A stretch of DNA of 64,000 nt, from positions 310,001 to 374,000 of the forward strand of contig CT868363.1 in assembly GCA_000165425.1 (NCBI GenBank), given 5' to 3'. The translations under genes and the position numbers were made by a program. This document shows positions 14,163-27,063 of this stretch, piece after piece. Positions within the stretch are counted from its first letter, which is position 1; the number at the start of each line of letters is the position of its first letter. The stretch comes from Paramecium tetraurelia (Eukaryota). The notes beneath the pieces were generated by a model. That model worked only from the letters and a program-made list of their open reading frames with translations, was not told the DNA's origin and ran no database searches.

Positions 14163-15177
14163 ATGGCTTCGTAATAACTTATGTAGTTCTTATAGAGTCA
14201 TGAGAATCATAGGTTTAATGAGATGAAACTGATCGAGCAAGAATAATATTATATCAATCTCTTGAAGGAGCAAAGGGAAAAGGTAATGCATTCCTTTCGA
14301 TAAATGATAGATGGAATTATTGAAAAATGAGTTTTTAAAGAAGGATCAAGTGATAGTGGATTTACAGTGTTAAGTAAACGAATTGTGGGAAGAGAATGAG
14401 CGACTGAAGGAGGTGCATTAGAGTTCTATAAAAAAGAAGGAGCAGGATTTTTATCGGATGAATAAATTGTAATTAGAAAAAGACAGTTTAATAAAAGATA
14501 TGATCGAATTGAAGGATATGATAGATCATTTGAGATAAGAAAATGACACTCTGAATGTAAGAAAATAATAAGGAATTTATAGACATTTTACTTAAAGAAC
14601 GAAGATTAACAAAGATAATTATAAGAATAATTAATTCTTTTAGGAGAAGAGAATAGCAGATTGAAGACTGAGATATTAAAGTTGGATGAGATCCTATTTT
14701 CATGTGAACCCATGAGGGTTGAGAATGAGAAGTTGTAGGAAAAATTAAAATACTATAAATTAGAGAAGAGGAAACTTCATTAGGACATGAAGTAAAGCAA
14801 ACAAGAGATCAATAAACAAATAGAGGAATTTAAGTAGGTGGTAACCAAAGATTTTAAAAATGAAATGGAAAGACTATAAGAGTACAAAGAGTGTTATTAA
14901 TAATTAAATTAAAAAGTGCAGGATTTAGAGGAGAGGTGTAGGAGTTTAACTGATGAAAACGATCAATTGAAATAAGAGATCTAATCCTTGTATTAGAAGG
15001 AGGAGAGTGATATCAAAATCAAGTCTGAAATTGATAGGGTAATTAATTCGTTTATTTGAAAAGGTCAGATAAGATCTAATGTCAGTAAGATAGTAGGAAA
15101 CACAAAAATTGTAGGAACTATTTAATGGGATGATAAGTTTGAGCAGTTTAGCAAACTCAAGGGAATAATTTTATTGA
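14163..15177 (+). CDS. Coiled-coil protein of unknown function
   Basis: MASQQLMQFLQSHE...; E/K/Q-rich heptads; tiny introns; TGA at 15175-77. Confidence 0.8.
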
Positions 15178-15193
15178 ATATAAATTTTATTGA

Positions 15194-16583
15194 ATGTTAT
15201 TTTTGTTAGCATTACTCTCAAATATAAATTGCTCAATTTATGATAAGTTAAAATACATAGAAAATTAAATAGAGTTGACTTAAAATATTGAGTACTTTGA
15301 GGCAAGAAAAAGATTTCTGGATGGAGTTAAAATAAAAAACATATTTGAAATGGACAAAGATATAATTGACATTCATATATTCCATTTAAAATAATTGCAT
15401 TACCCCTCCTCACAATTACTCGTTTGTAAATCAAGTGATAATGAAATAATGATAATAAATTAATTGGGAACAATAATAGCATAATACAATCATACAAATC
15501 ATATATTGATGACAGATATTTTGCATAATGTGGATGAATTTTATATTGGATTGTACGATGCACAAAGGAATCTAACAATAATCAACATGACCATTACCGA
15601 TAAAAATATCAAAGAATAACCAATCGATGACATTCGTAGAATTGATAAAAATGGATTTTATCATGATATTGAGTTGACGTGGGCATCAAGTTTTGAGCTC
15701 AATCACGAGGCAACCTCAATATTAGTTAATTCTGGTCGAAACACAAGAGTGTTTTTGGTTGGTGATGAAAATGGAGCAATTTCTTATTATTTTTAGAATG
15801 GTACATTAAAAAACAAAAATACCATATCAACAACCCCAATCCTAAACTTATTAAGGAGACATCCACACATTATGTTTTAAACAGAGAAATAGATTGGCTT
15901 CTTGAATTCTGTATCCCTGACCATTGTAACTCCAAAGTGTGATCAGCCTGCAGCCTCTATAGTTTCAATATATTAGGAGAATATCTACAGTCAAAATATC
16001 TATGTGTTGCTATCCAATTAGGATATATTAATATATCAAATAAAATCAGGGAAGCATCACGAATGTTCAAGTAATATTAATGAATAAATGAAATTTAGTT
16101 TCCTACAAGATTCCCACCTTACAAAAACTAAAGAATATTAGAGTAATCAATTCATATTTGATTGGATATGATAAGACTTTGTAAATCTATAACACTTCCT
16201 TATATAAGTCCCTATACTAAGATGAGGTTCTCTATCTAACATCATTGGATGATCAAAGATTATGGTATTAATACTATTCAATACGCTCACATAAGATCAA
16301 TGCTTAAACCAGTAATGCTTATGAGTTCTACACTTCGAATAATAAGACTACGATCAGATAATTGGAATTGACTCATTACCCTATGCCTTAGAGTTCTTCT
16401 TTCTCTTTAATGGAATCTTTCAGATTTCCTATGATCTTGGTGGCAATCTTCATTGTGTTTATCTTCTAATTCTGGCAAAAAAAGAAGAAGACTGATAATG
16501 AAAGTGATGAGTTAAGTGTAGACATGAAAAAGAAGATCGATGATATGGTGAAACAATATAAAAAATATGATAAGCCAGAATGA
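15194..16583 (+). CDS. Type I membrane protein (signal peptide, beta-rich lumenal domain, single C-terminal TM)
   Basis: MLFLLALLSNINC signal peptide; TM FPMILVAIFIVFIFQFW followed by KKKK. Confidence 0.8.
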
Positions 16584-16826
16584 AATGTTTATAATAAAAC
16601 TAAGAATATATAGTAATATATTATAGAGTATAACTTCTATGAGTTTTAGAATAAATGAATTGTGTTTTTAATTGGTTTTTAAGAAAAAGGAATTCAAAAC
16701 CAATAGGATTGAGAATATATTGTTTATAATACTCGAGATTGTATTGAGGAGGTACTCAACAACTTCAATTTAAAAGTGATGCTTTTCATTCAATATTTGA
16801 ATATTAATGTACGAATGATGATGTTA

Positions 16827-17218
16827 TCAATCAAATAAGCCTCCCATATCAACATCTTCTTCGGGTTCTTCAGCTTTCTTAACTTCCTTAGCAGGTTCAG
16901 GAGCTTTAGCCTATTATGCAGCTGGTGTGGTGGTTGTTGCAGCAGCTTAAGCAGCGGGTGCACTTCCACTGTTTCCATGTAATAAGTCTCCAACCTTCTT
17001 TCCTTTGAGTGCCTTTTCGAATACTTTAGTCCAAATTGGTTCAACTCTCAAATTAGCAGCTTTGATGATTTGAGCCAATTTTGCTGCATTGATCTTCTCT
17101 TAATAATAGATTTTACTTCTTAATTGTCTTCATATAAGATGAGAGCAGCGTATGTGCATGCAGCTTCAGATGTGTTTTAATCTGCAATTGGTCTAGTGTC
17201 TTTTTATGCTCTTGCCAT
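16827..17218 (-). CDS. RPLP1: 60S acidic ribosomal protein P1
   Basis: SEAACTYAALILYED...IIKAANLRVEPIWTKVFEKAL, Ala-rich hinge, EEDVDMGGLFD*; one intron. Confidence 0.97.
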
Positions 17219-17519
17219 TTAAAAAAAAAATTAAAAGATTTAATATTTTATGTTCTTCACATCTCTCTATTCCAAGTGATTATTATATAATTAAAACTAG
17301 AAATGTGAAAACATACAATCTTAATCATTATTAATTATATTTTAACACACTCAAAGAACTCATAAATATTTGATATCTCATCTATTTGAACATCTCAAAT
17401 CACTTAACTTTTATTTCCTATTTTTCATCAATACTTATATATTTAATTTGGCAATACGCTATTTAAATTGAATTAGATGAATGTACAAAGGCTGAATTTA
17501 ATTTACATTTAATAATATA

Positions 17520-18341
17520 TCAGAAAATTAAATGAACATCTTCTTTAACATCCTTCAAAAATGGGTGATAATATATTTCATCCAGAGAACATCTTGATGT
17601 AAAATCTGGTTGTAGAAATTATTCCAAGAAATTCTAAGTCAGAGTATCAATTTGAAGTTAGCTCAACTTTTAAACTAATGCCCAATATTATGACCATTTC
17701 TTTTGTAAAATTAGCTTCCATAGTTTACAATTCGCACTTGGTTTAGTTGATACAAATGGTTGAAATCCCAAAATGATTTAAAATACTGTAACTCCAAGTG
17801 AAAACACATCAGATTTAATTAGAATTTGAGCATTGATGTTTTCACTATTAAATCCTCCTAATAATGATTCTTGATGCAACTCTGGGGGCATATAATTCTA
17901 AGTGCCCACAGTTCTTTTGACCGCGCAACTAGTTAACATCTCAGCGAATCCAAAATCACATAAGACCAATCTACCAGCTTTGTCAATCAGAATGTTTTCC
18001 AACTTGATGTCTCGATGTATCACTTGCATTCTATGGATTGAGTTTACTATTCTAATTAGAGCTTTGCATATTTCCTTAAGCATCTGAGGATTGAGATTTT
18101 TGGATTTTACTACTTCGAACAAATCAAGTGATTGGAGTCTTTCCAATATTAGGTAATTTTCTGTAAAGGTTATCAGTTTTACAACGAATTCTCCTTTAAG
18201 AAGTTCTAAAATTTGAGCTTCCTTCAATCTCGATGAAGTAGGGTGTACAGATTTAAATTCCTTCATTACGTAATTAGGATCCTCAGTGAGGAACACGTTT
18301 GATGAAGATCCTTCACTCAATAGAGTGATTTTGCTATGCAT
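17520..18341 (-). CDS. Minimal Ser/Thr kinase (CAMK-like, kinase domain only)
   Basis: 273-aa intronless frame with EGSSSNV, VMK, HRDIKLEN, DFG, GTQNYMPPE, DVFSLG. Confidence 0.9.
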
Positions 18342-19203
18342 TTGCTTTTAAGAATGTATTGATTTATTATTATAAATGAATAAATTTGAAATGCTTTTAT
18401 ATTAGCTCTCTAATCCGTTCCGATGAACTCTTTCACCTTCTCAAAATCCTGGGAGTAGAAGAATTTCAGTATTTTAGACATCAAATACCTTGCTTTAGAT
18501 CAAGTTTTCAATTTTAAGCTAAAAATACGAAAATAAAATATTCTTTAACAAATGCTTTAGCATACAATCTTAGTATATAATTTTATGTACTTTTTTAACA
18601 AATAATGTATTGATTTTATTTTTTGTAACATTAATTAAATTATTATAAATCCAATAATTATGTGAATTAATATAAAATCATAATTTTTTAGTTAATTATT
18701 TCTGCTTCTGCTAACTGGACCTTTAACTTAATTTAACTAATGCGCTTTCTTTGACTTTTTACCTTTCAAAAACTTCTAAATTCCACAAAAGATGTGATTT
18801 GGTTGGGGTGGATAAATCACTTAATTATTTACATTCTAATTACGTATCATTTATATTTTTATTTTTGTGATGGTTTGTCTTAAATACTATTAATTTTATT
18901 TTTCAATGAGGAACTTATCTCAATTTTATATTTCCAATTTTGAATTACGGTTGCTAGTAATCTTTAAACAATGTAAAGCCAATGCTTTTGATTTTCTTAA
19001 TTATTGTTAAATTATTAAAACATTTTAATTTTACTTATACTAAAAATATACATATATCATTTTCATATTTTCTTAATTTTATCTTCTAGAATGGGACTAT
19101 CAGAATCCTTAACCGATTAGTTAATAAATTTATTTGTTTCTAATAAAAATGTTTGAAAATCTTTTTAAGTTTATTTAGATTTTATAATAAAAACATATCA
19201 AAA

Positions 19204-19703
19204 TCAATCTTGTATAAATGACATCTAAAATTTCTTAGAGAAGTTGCTTTTTCTTGTCTTTTATCTTGATGATATCCTCATAAGATCTTCAGATTCGCTT
19301 CCATCATCATTTTTTACTGAAACAGAATTAGAAAAGTGAACTTTTTTACCCAGTAATTTTTCAGAATGAGTTTCTTAATTCAACGATTAAAATGATTTTG
19401 AACTATGTCTCTCTGTGTTTTTTCTCAACATAAAATCAAGACTATCAAAATCCAATTCAGATGATTCAGTTTTAGATATCTTTTATAGACTATATAAACA
19501 TTTATCAGGTAGACTATAGGGATCAGAAAAGAAATCCCATTGTCTTAGGGATTCTTATCCCACCTTAGTAAAACTGGTTTTAGAGCCTTGGGCATCTCGA
19601 ACATTATGTCCTTATGCAGATTAACTAGAATTGTGTTTGTGATATGTTCTCACAAATATTGCCTTTTAAAGAGTTTAAAACTCAAATTTAGGATAATCGA
19701 AAT

Positions 19704-19707
<4 letters not shown>
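19204..19707 (-). CDS. Ser-rich ORF with RVxF-like motif (KKVHF); separate gene or C-terminal tail of the adjacent CDK-like kinase
   Basis: Open frame MNFDYPKFEFQ...GKKVHFSNSVSV...SFIQD*. Its ATG overlaps the kinase TGA. Confidence 0.6.
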
Positions 19708-20710
<1,003 letters not shown>

Positions 20711-20943
20711 TTTTTTAATTTTCCAATTTAATTCATCTGGTATTTATATGTAAAATAGTGAACTAAAATAATAGTTACATTTAATTATATGAGATGACCA
20801 AATGGAAGTCTAGTAAAAAAATGAATGGGAGATAATTGAGATATCAGAGAAAATTGGGAAGGGGAAGATAAAATATATGGTTTTTTAGATAAATAATATG
20901 ATTGCATGTGAAAAAAATTTAAAAATTTAGATATTATTTTTTA

Positions 20944-21511
20944 ATGGTTAACCTTCGTCTCTAAAAAAGATTAGCTTCAACATAATTAAAGGTTGGTGTT
21001 AACAGAGTTTGGTTAGACCCAAATGAAGCAAGCGAAATCAGTCTTGCAAATTCAAGAATGTCAATTAGAAAACTGATTAAAGATGGTTTGATTATGAGAA
21101 GATTGAGAACAATTCATTCAAGAGCTAGAGCAAGAAGATTCCTTGAAGCAAAGAGAAGAGGTAGACACACTGGTACTGGTAAGAGAAGAGGTACAAGAGA
21201 GGCAAGAATGCCAACCAAAGTTCTTTGGATCAGAAGACAAAGAGTTTTGAGAAGATTACTTAGAAAATACAGAGCAGCAAAGAAAATCGATAGATAATAG
21301 TAATGAATGTTAATAAAGTAGATATCACGAATTCTATTTGGCTTCAAAGGGTAATCAATATAAGAACAAGAAGGTGTTGATCGAGGCAATTCATGAAACT
21401 AAATAAGAGAAGGTCAGAGTTGACAAGATTGAGAAAGAATAAAACGACAGAAGAGAGAAGAACAAGGCTTAGAGAACCAAGAAAACCTAAAACAAATTTG
21501 CTGCAGAATGA
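20944..21511 (+). CDS. RPL19: 60S ribosomal protein L19 (eL19)
   Basis: MVNLRLQKRLAS...RVWLDPNE...[18 protein letters not shown]; one intron near 21300. Confidence 0.98.
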
Positions 21512-21556
21512 TATATACATATTTAGTACAATAAAAAATGTTGTTTATATGAAAAA

Positions 21557-22281
21557 TCATTTATTGCATCTTGGACATAAATACTTATCAATCTTAGTTA
21601 TGTCTTGATCTTGAAGTTCAACACAATCCAAGTGAAACCAGTTATCACATTCATCACACTGAATCATCTACAGATCAGGGTTTTAAGGCAACTAACAAAC
21701 ACAACTCTTTTTCCATAATTTAATGTTGGGTCTGGGTTCCATTGAATCTAGGTCAATGGCCGCTCTACTGAAGAAGATGGTTTCCTCTTCGAATTCAAGA
21801 TCAGAGTATTCTTCAAAAGTGAGCACTTTGATTCCAACTTGTATTTTGTTCGCTGGCAAATATTCTGAATGAGTGGAAAAGAAGAGTTCCTTATCAGAAA
21901 TGCATTTAAGCAGTTTCTAATCAATTTTAAGATCCTATTTAGAGTAATACCTAAGGGATAGAGATAAGAGAGTTACCATTAAACTTAAATGATGGGGATG
22001 AAAGTGTTTGAGGGATCCTTGATGCAGTAGATTTTAATTAGTTTAGCTGAATAGATATCATCATTTAGGGCACAGACAGCCACATCTTGATTGACATGAT
22101 ATATTTTGTTGCCTTTTTGAATGCTATTATACTTTTTAATTCTATAATAGGGTGGAGTATGGTAATACCTTGTGGGATCTTTCTTTAGGTAGAGTTAAAT
22201 TAAATGGCCATATTTATCGTTTTTCACTAATTCGTTGACTGTATTGGAACCGATTTGATTGACCTTCTCTTCCTCGCTCAT
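21557..22281 (-). CDS. BAH-PHD chromatin reader (EBS/SHL-like architecture)
   Basis: BAH: VQWYYSKQD...KELFFSTHSE. PHD: CVCQLPQNPDLQMIQCDECDNWFHLDCV...YLCPRC. Confidence 0.92.
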
Positions 22282-22405
22282 TTATTTTAATAATTATTAT
22301 TGAGTGTTGAGTGCCTTGTTATGTTTTTAGAGAATGTCTATATTAATTAAATAATTGCAGGATTTCTATTTTTTATATTAAAAAGATTTAAATTAATTTT
22401 TAGAG

Positions 22406-22956
22406 ATGGTAACAATAACAATTAAATTAAGGCTGACAAAAAAGAATAACCCAGTTTAATAGCCAAAAGGAAAGAAGGGAAAGAAAACCGGAGAGGAAAC
22501 AACTCAATAAGTTGTTGCTACTTTGGGACCAAATGTTGCAGGAAATGAATTAGTATTTGGAGTAGCTCACATCTTGTCAACTTGGAATGACACCTTCATT
22601 CACATCACCGATTTGACAGGCAGAGAAACATTGGCTAGAGTCACTGGTGGAATGAAAGTCAAATCTGACAGAGAGGAATCTTCACCATATGCAGCCATGC
22701 AAGCAGCCAAGGATGTTTATGAGAAGTTGAAAACACTCAAAATCAATGCTTTGCATATTAAATTAAGAGCAAGAGGAGGTATTACGTCCATCCCATATAT
22801 CAAGGTGTCGATACCAGACAACCAGGACCTGGTGCTCAAGCTGCTCTAAGGGCTTTGGCTCGTTTGGGACTCAAAATCGGAAGAATTGAAGATGTTACTC
22901 CAATCCCAACCGACTCTACTAGAAGACCTGGAGGTAGAAGAGGAAGAAGATTATGA
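22406..22956 (+). CDS. RPS14: 40S ribosomal protein S14 (uS11)
   Basis: [26 protein letters not shown]...[10 protein letters not shown]...[25 protein letters not shown]. The 5' exon structure is anomalous (see findings). Confidence 0.97.
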
Positions 22957-23010
22957 AAAGTCAAATAAAAACATACATTATATTATACATGTACATTTAT
23001 TAATTAAAAT

Positions 23011-24052
23011 ATGATTTTTGATCTCTAACCACCATCTCCATCTCTCTCTCCCAACTCCAGAGTTCGATACTATTAGGAATAGTTAGATAAAGCACATGAA
23101 ATTATAGATCAATTAGAAATTTTACTCTAAGAAAAAGAACTACAAAAATAATAAGATCACCCCTCTTCTAGTTATGTTCCAATCCCTCCTCTCCAATTCC
23201 ATTCTAAGTCTCCTAGTGTCATGAGTGAAAGATCCAAAAGCTATGTGGCCACTCCTCAACAGTATTCTACCCCAAGGGATCTCAGGAATCGCATGTCCAT
23301 GGGCAATTAGAACTCAATCAAATATATTGAGGAAATGAAAACAAGGCACACCGAACTCGTCTTATAATTCAAAGAGGACAATAGCCAAAGAGAAATGAAG
23401 AATAAAGAAATCAATGATCATATCTAAGAACTAAAAACAGAATTAATATATTGTTAGGAAAAACAAACAATGACTCAAAAAGAAAAAAAACAATCTTAGC
23501 AATAATTGGAAATCCTACAAAATGAGATTGAAAACATTTAATCTTAATTGCAAAAATCTAGACAACAAGGATTACAATTATTACAAAAACTTTAACAATA
23601 TAAATAAGATACCCAAGAAATTGACATCGAATAAGAATAAGAAATCACTTACCGAAATCCATAAAAAAATCCAATACTTGAAACTCCTGATCCATCAAAA
23701 AAACGAAAATTTAAAAATTCTACTAGTCACAAAAAACTAATGTAAACCCTATAGCAATAAATTGAATTACTTGAAGCTTAAAAAAAGCATTACTATAATA
23801 ACTCTGTTTCAAACTTCTAAGAAAAAGAAATTGAAACCAGTCGGATTATTGATGAGATTGTAATAGATTAATGTTTATTTTTAGATTGAGCCTAAATAAA
23901 ATCAAAGGATCGACACTTTAGATGATGTAAGAGTAGTCACTGATTCTGGTTTTAAATTTAACACATAAGTTGATCATGAAAATGAATCAGTTCGGTCATT
24001 TAAAATTAAGAAATAGAAACCAAGAAGTTGTGAATCATGTAACATATTCTGA
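23011..24052 (+). CDS. Coiled-coil protein with C-terminal CaaX (CNIF)
   Basis: S/P-rich N-terminus, heptad-rich middle, ends KKQKPRSCESCNIF*. Confidence 0.82.
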
Positions 24053-24490
24053 TTTCAGTATACAAACATAATTAAATAATTATTATTGTTAATCTAGTCA
24101 AATTGAACAGTCTTATTATGATATCTGATTAAATGGAACATTTTACTAAATTAAATAGATTTACTACTATTTAGTGGATCTTATTAAAACTTAAAAAATT
24201 AATAAAAACGGATTAGAGCAATTGAATAATGAATATTGTACAAAGTGTAAAATAGTTTGAACATCAGATAAATGAGAAAAAGATATTAATTGTATCATTT
24301 TATATAAGTTTCATATTTGAATTGAAATTTTTTCAATTAAAAAAGAAGAAACAAAAGATTTGGGATATTTCAACAATAAGATGTTTAGAATTAAGATATT
24401 CCCTTATTAAAATAAATAATGGAACTTGAGAAATTATAAAATATTTTTATAATAAAATTAATTCAATAATGGGAATATTAAATATAATAA

Positions 24491-26629
24491 ATGGAATGTC
24501 CTATGTGTTTTGAATTTTATGCTCAAGATAGAGTTGCGAGAAATCTTCTTTGTGGTCATACATATTGCACCCCATGTCTTGAAATATTGTATAATGTAAG
24601 TAAAAGAATCGAATGCCCTCTTTGCAGGACCAAGCATGACCAAAATATGAAACCTCATAACCTAAGCAAGAATTTTGTGGCCATGGACTTGGCCTCGAAG
24701 CATTTAGACGAATAGTAAGCTGGACCCTTTAACAATTAGAAAATCATTTGAACTATGCTCAATACATTCTAAACATCCATTACAATTTTATTGCGAAGAT
24801 GATTAACAAAATATGTGCACAGAATGTATAAGTGATCATTATGGACACAAGTTCTTTAAATATGAACATTCTGGTATTGAGTAAATGCTTAAATTAGTTT
24901 CTTTATAACTTAATAGAGTTGGGAGAATCCAATCGAAACTAAGGAGTCAATATGAGACTCTGGAAAAGTAGATAAAAGATTTCGATGATTGTAAGGAGAA
25001 ATTAGAAGTTGATAACATAAAATTGGTACATATTGTAAAGTAGGAATTAGATATAATAAATTGATGATTAATTTGATAGAATAGTTGAAAAGTGTGAGAG
25101 AAGGAGAAAAGAATTGAAAGATAATTTGCTAAAAATGTTCAACTCAGAAAGTGAATAGATAGAATCGAATTTAGTAATGAACCAATCCTTATTAACTGAT
25201 ATGGCTCTCTTATTATAGAAATTAGAGTCAAAGTATAATGAATTAAGTACTATTGTTTGAAATATATAGAGACTACAAAAGTATTTAAAGGGAATGATCC
25301 CATTAAGGAGATTAATGATTTAGATGAATCTGTTGATAGAGACATCGCTCAACTAAAATTATTGAAAGGAAGTGAATTAAAAATACTACCCAAATTATAT
25401 TTTGAGTAAAAACTGATAATTGACATTATCAAATATGGTCAGTTCAAGAATGAACTCTAAAATCCTTAGATTTGTTATTTTGGAGAGAAGCATAAAATTT
25501 TAGTTTACAACATTGAGAAAAATGATTGGTAATATAGATAGATGGCAAATGTATGATATGATTAATTAGTAGAATACATTTGATTACAATTATTACGCTG
25601 CTGCTGCAAGTTTGCCTAACGGAGACATCATAATGACTGGAGGTGGAGTTAGTAGAAATGTTATGTTGATTTCTCCATCTAAAGGATTTTCATAGTAGGC
25701 TTTGAAGAGTATGTACTATCCCAGAAAAGAACATGCTTGTGTTTATCTGGATGGACATGTTTATGCAATCGGAGGGTAATTGAAATAAATGATCTAATAA
25801 GTTATGATGGTACAACAAAGCAGATGTTATCCTGTTGTGAGAAGTATAGTTTGGTTGCAGATGAATGGAAGATGATCGATCCACTATAAAAGTAGAAGTG
25901 TGCATTTGCTGCTGCTACTGCCTTAAATAAATATATTTATGTGTTTGGAGGATTTGATGGAAGAGAGAGGCAAAACACCATTGAGAGATTTTCTGTAAAA
26001 GATAATCAATGGAAGGTCTTAGAATTCAAATTCAAGTAAGGATTTAGTAATGCAGCAGCACTCTCTTATGATGATAATTCAATTCTCATTTTAGGAGGAG
26101 GGTATATCCATTTATCCTTATTATAAGATCTAATCAAGGCTTTAGCAATAGTTTACAAGTCTTTGACACAAGCAATCAAACAATTAGGATTATTAGTATG
26201 ATGACAGAAGGGAGAGACTTGAGAAATAAACTAATCCTCTATAACAATTACTTATATGCATGTGGTGGCAATACCAGTTCTATTGAAAAATTTTCCATCT
26301 CCCAATAGTCCTGGACTAATTTGAAGTATTTAACCAATGTTATTGTGATCTTAGAAGTTATGATTACTTAGTGTAAGATAACTTGGATTCTTGGTGTAGT
26401 GCCTTCACTTTTGATACTAATGATTCGTATTCTGCATCAAATTTGATGAAAAAATGTTAATCTAAAGAGGTGAAATAATAATACTATATTTTAGTTATAA
26501 TAAAATTAACAATATAAAGAATAAGTTATGTTTGAGAATGATTCGTTTAATCAGGATGGAATGAGTGATGTATCGGATAGCTAATTTTATGGCAATCAAA
26601 GTCAGGTTTAGTAGAATGATTGGTATTGA
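24491..26629 (+). CDS. RING - B-box - coiled-coil - Kelch repeat protein (TRIM-like E3 ligase)
   Basis: CPMC...CGHTYCTPC...CPLCR RING; CSIH...FYCEDDQQNMCTECISDHYGH B-box; Kelch repeats (VYAIGG-YDG, IYVFGGFDG, LYACGG); many tiny introns. Confidence 0.93.
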
Positions 26630-26666
26630 ATTTAAGATTAATTAATGCTAAATATAAAATAACAAA

Positions 26667-27002
26667 TCAACGTGTAAATATTCTCAAAAATTAACAATAA
26701 TATCTCATAAAGTACAATTGCATTTTGTGTTTTAATGGTAAATTAACTTTTTTGACATTTGCTTATTATTCGTTTTAAGGCAATTTATCATAAAACTTTT
26801 GTCTTTTGAAGCAAATCTTCATCACTTATATCAAAATTATGGATAGTATTGTTAAAGGCAATAATAATGGGGCAAAATCTATAAGTATTTTTTGAGTGAT
26901 ATTTGATGAAACAATTCCATCTGCATAATTTTTTATTGATGTCAATAAATCCTAACATTAACCAAGGCTAACCATTACTAAGAGCATCCCTATTTTTATC
27001 AT
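26667..27002 (-). CDS. Small predicted single-pass membrane protein
   Basis: MIKIGMLLVMVSLGQC signal-like start; TM FAPLLLPLTILSIILIQVM followed by basic KICFKRQK. The C-terminus is uncertain. Confidence 0.5.
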
Positions 27003-27063
27003 TCCACACAAAAACGAGTTTTTATTATTTTAATATAAATTATATAAATTTTGTTCATTTTTA

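Noticed and set aside
18318..18481. Short minus-strand ORF MSKILKFFYSQDFEKVKEFIG upstream of the minimal kinase
   Set aside because: No recognisable homology and out of frame with the kinase. It cannot be distinguished from a decayed-gene remnant.
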